From contig CAZOUV010000004.1 of NCBI GenBank assembly GCA_964583105.1, positions 2,996-66,995 of the forward strand: 64,000 nucleotides of DNA, given 5' to 3'. Below, piece after piece: positions 9,868 to 17,483 of this stretch. The stretch's first letter is position 1; each line of letters opens with the position of its first letter. The position numbers and the translations under genes are program-made. Source of the DNA: an uncultured Gammaproteobacteria bacterium (lineage in GTDB: Bacteria > Patescibacteriota > Microgenomatia > UBA8517). The notes under the pieces are model-generated. The model saw nothing but the letters and a program-made list of their open reading frames with translations, searched no databases and was not told the origin of the DNA.

Positions 9868-10905
9868 ATGGCTAAATTTAAAAAATACTTGGCATTTTTG
9901 TATAACATAAGACATAATTATCCCGATCCTGACGACCCCCGTACTTTTTTGGAAGCCGATTTTGATGACCCCGAGACAATAACATCGTTCATAAAGCATC
10001 TGAAGGTCTGTGGTTATCGCGTACTCCCCATTGAAGCAAACATAAAATCATGGGAAGAGCTTGACAGAAACAAGGGGGATATTTTTATGGCGTTTAACTA
10101 TTCGGAAATTGTTTTGGGAGAAAAAGAAGGTGTTCAGATAACCAGATACCTTGAAGATCTTAAAATTCCGTTTACCGGTCCGGATGATGCCTCACAGGTC
10201 TTAATAAGAAATAAAATAAGGGCGAAAGAAATTTTGAGGGAAAATGGTATTCCGGTTTTACCGCATCAGGTTTTTAAAACAGGCGATGAGCCTTTTGACG
10301 AACAAATGAAATTTCCTCTGATAGTTAAACCTTCGAATCAGGGGTCTTCGGCAGGAATTACCAACAAAAGCGTTGTTGAAAACGTTTCAGATCTTTATAA
10401 GCAGGTAAAGGAAATTTTGGCAAGATTTAATGATGAGGTTTTAGTTGAACCATTTTTGGAAGGAAGGGAATTTTCTATTCCCCTTGTTGGAAGTAAGCCC
10501 GATATTTTACCTATCATAGAACCTGATTTTTCAAATTTGCCCAAAGATTACAAAAAACTTGATTCATACGAGGTTAAGTGGATTTATGAAGAAGGAAATG
10601 CGGGAAAAGATCATTTAATCTGTCCGGCTGAGATTGACGAAGATTTTAGACAAAAACTTGAAAATATTGCTTTGGATGTATGGAATGCTCTCAATATAAA
10701 GGATTTTTGTAGGATAGATATAAGATGTGACAACAATCTAAAACCCTACGTTTTGGAGATAAATTCCCCCGCTGGACTTATTCCGCCTGAAGTTTCCCAG
10801 TCAAGCTATTTACCGCTATCGGCAAGAAAAGCGGGTATTTCCTTTCCGGAATTACTTAAAAAAATAGTCGATTCGGCTTTGGAAAGATATAAAATTTTGG
10901 TATAA
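9868..10905 (+). CDS. ATP-grasp protein of the D-alanine--D-alanine ligase family
   Basis: Central and C-terminal ATP-grasp features (...IPFTGPDDASQVLIRNKIRAKEILRENGIPVLP...LIVKPSNQGSSAGI...). The N-terminus deviates from canonical Ddl. Confidence 0.6.
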   Translation: MAKFKKYLAFLYNIRHNYPDPDDPRTFLEADFDDPETITSFIKHLKVCGYRVLPIEANIKSWEELDRNKGDIFMAFNYSEIVLGEKEGVQITRYLEDLKIPFTGPDDASQVLIRNKIRAKEILRENGIPVLPHQVFKTGDEPFDEQMKFPLIVKPSNQGSSAGITNKSVVENVSDLYKQVKEILARFNDEVLVEPFLEGREFSIPLVGSKPDILPIIEPDFSNLPKDYKKLDSYEVKWIYEEGNAGKDHLICPAEIDEDFRQKLENIALDVWNALNIKDFCRIDIRCDNNLKPYVLEINSPAGLIPPEVSQSSYLPLSARKAGISFPELLKKIVDSALERYKILV

Positions 10906-10916
10906 TTACGGAAGTT

Positions 10917-10987
10917 GCGGGATTAGTTGATCGGTCCAACATTTGCTTTCCAAGCAAAGAAGAGGGGTTCGACTCCCCTATCCCGCT
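10917..10987 (+). tRNA. tRNA-Gly (anticodon TCC)
   Basis: Acceptor gcgggat/atcccgc, D-arm gttg/caac, anticodon stem tttgc/gcaaa with loop ttTCCaa, T-arm agggg-ttcgact-cccct. Starts 12 nt after the ddl-like stop. Confidence 0.8.
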
Positions 10988-11017
10988 CAGAAAGGTAGTC
11001 CCGCCCTTAGCACAAAT

Positions 11018-11233
11018 ATGATTGAAATATCTGAAAGATTAAAGGCAATTTTTCCTAAAGCTTTACCGACCGAAGTGGAAAACAGAGTAAGAATGGATTG
11101 TAAAAAGGGAATAATTTGTCAAGAAAACCCCGACATAAGTCTTAATGGACTAGTTATTAATCACTGGTTTGGTCAACCACAAGGTGGTTGCAATGAATGT
11201 TTTCGACAATACCCCCACAGACCATCTAGATAG
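11018..11233 (+). CDS. hypothetical small Cys-containing protein
   Basis: Track ORF 10943..11233 overlaps tRNA-Gly, so the start is moved to the internal Met (MIEISERLKAIF...). Confidence 0.2.
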   Translation: MIEISERLKAIFPKALPTEVENRVRMDCKKGIICQENPDISLNGLVINHWFGQPQGGCNECFRQYPHRPSR

Positions 11234-11323
11234 AGGCTTCCAACAATAACTTGTGTTGTGTATTGTTAGCTTCCAATAGTTTTAACCCATCAAGCAAACT
11301 TTTAGTTTTTTTTCATATCTTCT

Positions 11324-11352
11324 TTGAGGATATTAATAAGTTCGACTATAAT
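11324..11352 (+). promoter_or_regulatory. sigma70-like promoter module TTGAGG-17-TATAAT (copy A of a duplicated ~65-bp element)
   Basis: -35 TTGAGG at 11324, a 17-bp spacer, perfect -10 TATAAT at 11347. A near-identical copy sits at 12109..12137. Confidence 0.35.
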
Positions 11353-11481
11353 GTGGTTACCAGCTCCTAAAGGAAATTCAGAGGGTTAGTGTTGCTTTAT
11401 ACCCTATTTTTTCCTTTTTTGTGAGTTCGACCGCACCAAATTTTTATTATCTTTTTGTACTATACCCATTATAATCATCTC

Positions 11482-11510
11482 TTGACATTATGAACATATG
11501 TTCATATAAT
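11482..11510 (+). promoter_or_regulatory. perfect-consensus sigma70 promoter with an embedded 14-bp palindromic operator-like site
   Basis: TTGACA (11482-11487), 17-bp spacer, TATAAT (11505-11510), then ATG at 11519, only 8 nt downstream (leaderless-like). The spacer contains the perfect palindrome TGAACATATGTTCA (11491-11504), a GAAC-N4-GTTC Cheo-box-like dyad. Confidence 0.5.
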
Positions 11511-11518
11511 ACAGCTGT

Positions 11519-11995
11519 ATGTTTGGAAGGCCAAAAAGAATAAGAACTGTAAGATATAACCCTGAAATTACCTACTTCAAACCTCTTGGTATTCCATTTA
11601 GTCATCTTGCCGAAGAGAATCTCACTCTTGATGAAGTTGAGTCTGTTAGATTGCATGATTTGGAGGGATTGGAACAAGAAACAGCTTCTAAAAAGATGGA
11701 TGTTTCCAGAGTAACCTTTCTAAGGATATTGCACTCTGCTCATAAAAAGGTAGCAAAGGCTTTAATCTATGGAAGAGCTTTGAGTTTGAAAGGGGGTGAT
11801 TATGTTATGCCTAATAAAATAAAAAGAGGATTTGTGCCTGGAATAGGACGTGGGTTTAGTCCTCAAGGGGCAACTATGGAATGTGTTTGTCCTAACTGCA
11901 ATACAAAAGCCCCTCACACACGTGGGGTTCCTTGCTTCACAATCAAGTGTCCAAAATGTGGTTCTCAAATGGCAGGTACTTTCTGCAAACCTTAA
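11519..11995 (+). CDS. DUF134/UPF0251-family predicted DNA-binding protein fused to a C-terminal Gly/Arg-rich segment and zinc ribbon
   Basis: N-terminus MFGRPKRIRTVRYNPEITYFKP matches the DUF134 start (MPRPxKxRRV...YFKP). The C-terminus is GIGRGFSPQG...CVCPNCN...CPKCG (Cys4). Confidence 0.55.
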   Translation: MFGRPKRIRTVRYNPEITYFKPLGIPFSHLAEENLTLDEVESVRLHDLEGLEQETASKKMDVSRVTFLRILHSAHKKVAKALIYGRALSLKGGDYVMPNKIKRGFVPGIGRGFSPQGATMECVCPNCNTKAPHTRGVPCFTIKCPKCGSQMAGTFCKP

Positions 11996-12005
11996 TGTTT
12001 TTAAC

Positions 12006-12203
12006 CTAGACATTAAGTTCTGGTGAAAGATATTTGTGAGAAATACCAATTTTGTTTTTCAATAATCGCAGTCCATTAAAAAGGTTTTGTGTTTCCTCTT
12101 TATCTTCCTTGAGGATATTAAGAAGTTCGACTATAATCTGTTTATCAGATCCAAACATACTAGTGCCGTATAAAATATACATAAGGGTACTAGAAACTAA
12201 CAA
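12006..12203 (-). CDS. hypothetical small protein
   Basis: 65 aa. Its 3' end (...IIVELLNILKED) is duplicated in degenerate, non-coding form at ~11290-11360. Confidence 0.25.
   Translation of the reverse strand: MLVSSTLMYILYGTSMFGSDKQIIVELLNILKEDKEETQNLFNGLRLLKNKIGISHKYLSPELNV
12109..12137 (+). promoter_or_regulatory. sigma70-like promoter module TTGAGG-17-TATAAT (copy B)
   Basis: TTGAGG at 12109, 17-bp spacer, TATAAT at 12132, 68 bp upstream of the HD-domain gene. Copy of the 11324..11352 element. Confidence 0.4.
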
Positions 12204-12205
12204 TT

Positions 12206-12889
12206 ATGAAACCAAATTTTATAGATATATCACGGGTAACATCAAAATCGCTTAAAGATAAAGAATATTTCTCCTCATTTCCCGAATACTACCAATTGGC
12301 CTCTGTAACTGAAAACGGTCTATGGCATAAAAATCAAAATGTTTTAGATCACGTTATTGATGTTTACTCCGGACTTGAGACGTTATTAAAATTCAATGAT
12401 TTGAAGATTGAGCAGAGAGATAAATTAAAAATCTATCTATCGGAAGTCGTCGGAAATATAACAAGACAAAACGTTCTTAAGGTTGCAACTTTGCTTCATG
12501 ATATTGCCAAAACTGACGTACTAATTAAAAGTTCCGATGGTAAAACCCTGTGCCCAGGCCATGATTTAATTGCGGCTGCAAGAGTAAAAACCTTTGCAGA
12601 AAGATTTGATCTAGATAGCAAAGCAGAATCGAATGTAGAGCAAATAGTCAGATATCATGGTTTTACCTCAGACATCCTAAATTTAATGATTGCAAATCAA
12701 GACAAAGATAAATACCTTCGAATATTTAATGAGACGGTTAGCGATGTGGCTATTGAGTTGGTTCTTTTAATGCACGCTGATTTATTGGGCTGTGACTTAG
12801 AAAAAAGTGATAAAAATGGATACGACAAGAGAATTACTCTTTTAGGGTGGATGTTAACAAACTTACTTAATAAGGTTACAGTAAGTTAA
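12206..12889 (+). CDS. HD-domain phosphohydrolase
   Basis: Metal-ligand motifs H (LDHVIDV), HD (LLHDIAK), H (PGHDLI) and D (MHADLLG) in HD-superfamily order. Confidence 0.65.
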   Translation: MKPNFIDISRVTSKSLKDKEYFSSFPEYYQLASVTENGLWHKNQNVLDHVIDVYSGLETLLKFNDLKIEQRDKLKIYLSEVVGNITRQNVLKVATLLHDIAKTDVLIKSSDGKTLCPGHDLIAAARVKTFAERFDLDSKAESNVEQIVRYHGFTSDILNLMIANQDKDKYLRIFNETVSDVAIELVLLMHADLLGCDLEKSDKNGYDKRITLLGWMLTNLLNKVTVS

Positions 12890-13575
12890 TCTGCTTTGAG
12901 GTTTCCTACGATTACCGTTATGTCATTTGTTTGTGAAGAAACGGTTTTGGTGGCTTCTAATTGGTAATCTTTTTTCAAGGTTTTTTCCAAGGCAATGATA
13001 AAATCGCGATCGATTCCAGTTTTAACAGTTATTTCGGTTTTTGTATAGTCGTAGGTTAATGCGTTTCCGGTTGAAAGAACACTAAACCCGGCAGTTTCAA
13101 TTAAAGTCTGAACCTTTCCCGCTTCCCCTTTGATTCCACTTCCATTTAATATCTTTATTTTATACTGACTTAAACTCGCACTGGGACTTGCTGTAGGTTT
13201 TAGAGTAGGTGAGATTGAAGGTTCTGCGATGACTTCCTGAGTTTGGGAACTATCCGTTTTATTTGTATCTGCAATTTTCTGAATGCCAAAAACATAAGCA
13301 AAAATTCCCCCTATAAGAAGACCTAAAAGAAGCATTCCGGGAATTAATATCCAAAGAACATTAAACGATGATTCCTTATTTGTTTTTTCTTCCTTTTCAG
13401 GTTCCGTCTCTTCTTTGACTGTATCCGGTTTAATCTCCTCCTTTATTTCCGGAGAATATTCAATATTTTCTTTAAATGTGGGATTATCTTCTGCTTTATC
13501 AACAATTTCCGTTTTTTTAGATTCTCCGCTTTTTACTTCTTCTACAACCATCCTCATTTTTTTCTTTTCTTCCAT
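12886..13575 (-). CDS. membrane-anchored LytR_C (LytR cell-envelope-related attenuator C-terminal) domain protein
   Basis: Acidic N-terminus, one TM helix (ILIPGMLLLGLLIGGIFAYVFGI), Pro/Ser/Thr linker, and a C-terminal KIKILNGSGIKGEAGKVQTLIETAGFSV...TEITV LytR_C-like fold. Confidence 0.55.
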   Translation of the reverse strand: MEEKKKMRMVVEEVKSGESKKTEIVDKAEDNPTFKENIEYSPEIKEEIKPDTVKEETEPEKEEKTNKESSFNVLWILIPGMLLLGLLIGGIFAYVFGIQKIADTNKTDSSQTQEVIAEPSISPTLKPTASPSASLSQYKIKILNGSGIKGEAGKVQTLIETAGFSVLSTGNALTYDYTKTEITVKTGIDRDFIIALEKTLKKDYQLEATKTVSSQTNDITVIVGNLKAD

Positions 13576-13670
13576 ACTTTAATTATATATACATTTTACA
13601 GATTATATCAATAAAGCAATAGAGAAAAATTGGTCATTTTCGGTTAAAATGGTAAAATTAACAAGTATTT

Positions 13671-13746
13671 GGTGGGTGTAGCTCAGTTGGTTTAGAGCGC
13701 CACTTTGTGGAAGTGGAAGTCGCGAGTTCAAGTCTCGTCACCCACC
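13671..13746 (+). tRNA. tRNA-His (anticodon GTG) with encoded G-1
   Basis: Extra 5' G at 13671 opposite discriminator C. Acceptor gtgggtg/cacccac, anticodon stem ccact/agtgg with loop ttGTGga, T-arm gcgag-ttcaagt-ctcgt. Accessory DNA starts immediately 3'. Confidence 0.8.
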
Positions 13747-14136
13747 CAAGACTGAACTCATAAAAACGGGTGAGCTTGCTTTAGCCTCGAAGGAAGAGTT
13801 CGATATAGCTTTTTCAATATATTTAAATGGAGTCCTTGGTTTAATGGATAAAACTTTGTCTTTAATAGTTATTTCGCTTCCTGTAACCAACAAGATATTC
13901 TTTCTGTCTTCTGTCGTGCCATAATCCCATCTGTTTTTTAATGATATGGTGAAGTTAAACGTAGCAATCAAAGTATCAGTCCATTCGGATAGCTCATGAT
14001 CGGAGTTTTTCATTCTCCTATAAATGCTTTGTTTTTCAATCAAATACTTTTGTTTAAATCGTTTGTATTCTTCATTCGAAAGAAGTTCCTTGTCTTCATT
14101 TTCAACGGATAGCCACTTTTCGGTTAAGTTGTCCAT
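13738..14136 (-). CDS. C-terminal (coiled-coil) fragment of the large serine recombinase, in a different frame from the main ORF
   Basis: 132-aa ORF overlapping the stop of 14124..15293 by 13 nt. Together they total ~520 aa, the normal size of a large serine recombinase. Confidence 0.4.
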   Translation of the reverse strand: MDNLTEKWLSVENEDKELLSNEEYKRFKQKYLIEKQSIYRRMKNSDHELSEWTDTLIATFNFTISLKNRWDYGTTEDRKNILLVTGSEITIKDKVLSIKPRTPFKYIEKAISNSSFEAKASSPVFMSSVLGG

Positions 14137-15293
14137 CTTTGAAATGGCATTAGTATAGTCTGCCTTAAGTACGCCATGCTGTTTAAGTCTAACCGCCCGA
14201 TCCTGTCTTCCGCTTCTCTAAGCCATTTAATCATCCAATCAACATAACTTTTTTTAATAGTTAGGTTAGATAAGTATTTGCTGACTCGTTCCTTAAGTTC
14301 CGGGGCCGCTACCATAGGTTGATTACAGCCGATTCCCTTTTTACAACACTTGTAGTAATCAAAGACCTTACCGCTTTTTTTTGGATGAGTTTCCCCCGTC
14401 CAACGATAACCACATTCACCACACTTAATTGAACCTTGAAAATCAAAGGTATGAGTTTGGATTCGTGGATGACCTTTATTGACTAGAGCATCCTGAACAG
14501 CATCAAATTCAGAGTCGCTTACCATTGGAGTATGTTTACCTTGATAGGTAACACCATCGTAAATAAATCTGCCGGTATAAAAAGGATTTCGTAAGATATT
14601 GTATAACTGAGTTCTGCTTATTGATCTTCCCCTATTTGTTTTGATTCCCATTTGTATTGCTTTTCTGTAAAGCTCTTTAGTTGAAAACTTTCCTGTTATC
14701 GCCAGTTCAAAGATATGTTTTACTAATCTAAAGTAGAGAGGATGTGGAGATATTGTTCTTTCTCCTTGCCTTTTCTCTAAATCATTTTTGTATCCTGCCG
14801 GAGCCAGTCCTGGATAATCACCCAATTCAAGTTTTCTATCAACTCCCCGTTTAGTATCAATTCTTAAATCTCTGATAAACCTTTGTCCTTGGGAGCCTTC
14901 GATGGCCAAAGTAAAGTCTGAATCAGTTTCATCATAGGTTTTACTTGGCGTAACTATTTCAAGAATTCTTCCATCTGACAACCTTTGTCTGACAAGTCCT
15001 TCATCCTGAGGATTTCTAAAAAGTCTATTTGGTTTCCATGCAATAATGCCTTTGATATCTTGCCTTGTATCAATCATCTGAATTAGTTTGTTGAACTCTT
15101 CCCTTCCCGGTGCTTTTGCAGATTTACTTTCCGTATAAGTTGATAATATATTTAGTTTTCTCTCTTCCGCTAGTCGATAAAGTACTTCTAATTGATTCTC
15201 TATACTGACAACTTGTTGATCCTCACCTTCGGAGGATTTTCTAGCGTAGAGCAGATATTGGTCTTTCATAATTAATCTTTTGTCTAATTTCAT
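14124..15293 (-). CDS. large serine recombinase (resolvase/invertase catalytic domain + recombinase domain + zinc ribbon); probably frameshifted near its 3' end
   Basis: N-terminus LLYARKSSEGEDQQVVSIENQ (Y-x-R-x-S catalytic Ser motif), central recombinase domain, and a Cys cluster CGECGYRW...CCKKGIGC (zinc ribbon). Confidence 0.7.
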   Translation of the reverse strand: MKLDKRLIMKDQYLLYARKSSEGEDQQVVSIENQLEVLYRLAEERKLNILSTYTESKSAKAPGREEFNKLIQMIDTRQDIKGIIAWKPNRLFRNPQDEGLVRQRLSDGRILEIVTPSKTYDETDSDFTLAIEGSQGQRFIRDLRIDTKRGVDRKLELGDYPGLAPAGYKNDLEKRQGERTISPHPLYFRLVKHIFELAITGKFSTKELYRKAIQMGIKTNRGRSISRTQLYNILRNPFYTGRFIYDGVTYQGKHTPMVSDSEFDAVQDALVNKGHPRIQTHTFDFQGSIKCGECGYRWTGETHPKKSGKVFDYYKCCKKGIGCNQPMVAAPELKERVSKYLSNLTIKKSYVDWMIKWLREAEDRIGRLDLNSMAYLRQTILMPFQRWTT

Positions 15294-15298
15294 AGTAG

Positions 15299-15484
15299 TT
15301 AGTTAGAATATTTTGTCAATCCGACTGACTGGACTTTGTTCGAACTCTGAGGCTGTTTTATTAACATTTTGAATAAATTCATCATATTATTGGCCAAAGC
15401 GACTGCTTCTGAATCTGAAAGTATGGTGCTTTCTTCTTTAAAATAGATATTTTTAAACTCATCAATTGCTTTTTTTGGTAACAT
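15299..15484 (-). CDS. hypothetical protein (mobile-element cargo)
   Basis: 61-aa ORF co-oriented with the island genes. Confidence 0.25.
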   Translation of the reverse strand: MLPKKAIDEFKNIYFKEESTILSDSEAVALANNMMNLFKMLIKQPQSSNKVQSVGLTKYSN

Positions 15485-15490
15485 AAATTT

Positions 15491-15856
15491 TTATTTCTTC
15501 TCTTCAATTTCCTTTTCCAGTTTATCCAACCTGACTTCAACATCTGCTTTATCGTAAGCATCCAGGAAGCATCTAATTAGGAAACCCAGTGTATTTGCTA
15601 TTGGAGTAGCGGGAATATCCCCTCTCCAAACTCCATTTATTATCTTGGCAAGAAATATCTTTGCATCTTGGGCATTGTTCAAGCAGATTTCTTCTTCATA
15701 ATTTAATAGTGTTTTCTTTGGTGCCAAACCACCCTTTTTAACAGCCAGAGCTCTTTCTTCTTTTTTATGCGGATCATGAGTAAAACAAAAGGTACTATCA
15801 GATTGAGCATTGGCCTTACACTGAGAATTATTTTCTTTAATAAAAATGCATTTCAT
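15491..15856 (-). CDS. hypothetical protein, Cys/His-containing N-terminus
   Basis: 121 aa; CKANAQSDSTFCFTHDPH could be a small zinc-binding motif. Confidence 0.35.
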   Translation of the reverse strand: MKCIFIKENNSQCKANAQSDSTFCFTHDPHKKEERALAVKKGGLAPKKTLLNYEEEICLNNAQDAKIFLAKIINGVWRGDIPATPIANTLGFLIRCFLDAYDKADVEVRLDKLEKEIEEKK

Positions 15857-15857
15857 A

Positions 15858-16079
15858 CTAATTGTCAGTCTTTATTCCATACTTCTTCGTTAATTCCTCA
15901 GGAATGAACAAAACGTTGTCAAACTCATTAACCGGATAATTTTTCACCAAAACTTTTATTGTGTCGCTAGGCATTAATTTCCTAAACTTTCTTGCAAGAA
16001 TTTTTATTGTGTGTTTAGTAGACATGTCCCAATACCCTTCCATCTGAACTATAGAAAATAAGTTCCATAAAGCCGTCAT
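15858..16079 (-). CDS. hypothetical protein
   Basis: 73-aa ORF, tightly packed with its neighbours. Confidence 0.3.
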   Translation of the reverse strand: MTALWNLFSIVQMEGYWDMSTKHTIKILARKFRKLMPSDTIKVLVKNYPVNEFDNVLFIPEELTKKYGIKTDN

Positions 16080-16311
16080 TTAAACGGATCTTTTGTTCCA
16101 GTTCATTTAGATCTTTAGTTGTTTTTTCAATATCCGAAGACTTACTCAACTCTCTTTCCTTGTAGGCTTTCCATTCAGGAATACTAATTAAATCCTTTGG
16201 TCCCAAATCAAATAGCCATCTTTCAATTTTAAGCATGGAACTATAGTCAAAACCTTGCATATTAGTAATCGTTTTTTCTATCGTTTCAATCCTGTTTAGT
16301 ATTGTTTTCAT
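16015..16311 (-). CDS. hypothetical protein
   Basis: 98-aa ORF overlapping neighbours in operon-like fashion. Confidence 0.3.
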   Translation of the reverse strand: MKTILNRIETIEKTITNMQGFDYSSMLKIERWLFDLGPKDLISIPEWKAYKERELSKSSDIEKTTKDLNELEQKIRLNDGFMELIFYSSDGRVLGHVY

Positions 16312-16495
16312 AAGCTTTACTTGTAGGGGTATCCCCTTCAGACAAAGATGTTCCTCCCAAAATTGGAGGTGGCATTCTTTTACCGTTTATGTAAAACGGT
16401 TCTTTCATCGATACAATAGGTATGTACTTATCAAAGTCTTCCTCTTTCGGATTTAACTTTTTCTCTATATTTTTTAGTCTTGTTGATGTATTCAT
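16286..16495 (-). CDS. hypothetical protein
   Basis: 69-aa ORF. Confidence 0.25.
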   Translation of the reverse strand: MNTSTRLKNIEKKLNPKEEDFDKYIPIVSMKEPFYINGKRMPPPILGGTSLSEGDTPTSKAYENNTKQD

Positions 16496-16579
16496 ATTTT
16501 CTTAGTGTTATTATTAGTTAGTTATTTTTGCCTCCTAGCTTAAAAGTTCAGTTCGCAGGAAAACTAGGAGGCAATAAAA

Positions 16580-17122
16580 CTATCCTTTCGGTGTGATGAA
16601 AGGACTCTCTCCTTCAAAGACAAGTTCTAGATCGATATTTTCTAACTTCTCATCGACTAGTTTTTTAACCTCCTTTGACAATTCTTCCTTTGGCTTTGGA
16701 AAGAGATCATACTTAACGTCCATTGGGGTTTTGCCATTCTTGCGGGCTATTATCATGTCATATCCTCGTAAATCTCCCCAAGCTTCAATCTCCTCGTAAC
16801 CTTTTAAAGAATCCTGTATTCCTCTTTGAGTTATTTCGAGAATTTGAACATCTCCAGCTTCTCGGTTTAGTACCGCAAACATCCAGAAATGCTTTGCTCT
16901 ATTTCTAGGATCCGTTTGGTTTTTAACATTAGCAGGTACTTCTTCTTCTGTTCTTACCCGAACAGCAGTTTTTTTATCGTCTTTCTCTATCCAATATTTC
17001 CAGCCAACAACTACTGGAGATAAAATGCGAAAAGAATTGTCGCCTTCCTCTAGTGTCATATAGGCTGTTTTTGTCTTAGGTATTTCGTAGCCTTTGGGTA
17101 AAACGCTCATAAATTTATTCAC
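16580..17122 (-). CDS. hypothetical protein (possible phage-type DNA-binding/recombination accessory protein)
   Basis: 180 aa, acidic C-terminus, located just upstream of the replication genes. No motif recognised. Confidence 0.35.
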   Translation of the reverse strand: MNKFMSVLPKGYEIPKTKTAYMTLEEGDNSFRILSPVVVGWKYWIEKDDKKTAVRVRTEEEVPANVKNQTDPRNRAKHFWMFAVLNREAGDVQILEITQRGIQDSLKGYEEIEAWGDLRGYDMIIARKNGKTPMDVKYDLFPKPKEELSKEVKKLVDEKLENIDLELVFEGESPFITPKG

Positions 17123-17483
17123 CTCCTTTCTGTTTTCTGCTATATAAGTAGCAGTACTTGTTAACTTGAACTGAACTTTCTAATTTGAGTTGGGTTTGTA
17201 GTGTTAGCGGTTCCGCTTTTACCCCAAATAATGCTTCTGCATATTCCAAAATGGGAAATTCAACATTTGCTCGATAAAAAGAAAGTGCTGGTTTTTTGCT
17301 TCTTATATAAGGAAGAACATGTTCACAGAAATTTTTATACCTTTTAAGATTAAGAATTACTTTTGGTTTTATGTAAAGTTTTGTAAACTCTTTATCCTTA
17401 ACCACTAAAGCTTCCGCGTTTCTTTGACAGTAAGAACTTAGCACTTCTTCGCAGTTTTCAAATTTGGTTACTATATATTTCAT
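17115..17483 (-). CDS. hypothetical protein
   Basis: 122-aa ORF overlapping neighbours by a few nt. Confidence 0.3.
   Translation of the reverse strand: MKYIVTKFENCEEVLSSYCQRNAEALVVKDKEFTKLYIKPKVILNLKRYKNFCEHVLPYIRSKKPALSFYRANVEFPILEYAEALFGVKAEPLTLQTQLKLESSVQVNKYCYLYSRKQKGGE

Noticed and set aside
10943-11017. 5' part of track ORF 10943..11233
   Set aside because: Overlaps tRNA-Gly (10917..10987). Start moved to the internal Met at 11018, and even that gene is low confidence.
11447-12255. ORFs 11447..11677(-), 11762..12049(-) and 12052..12255(+)
   Set aside because: They overlap or run antisense to the DUF134 gene and its consensus promoter, or bridge the 12006..12203/12206 gene boundary. 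Judged spurious.
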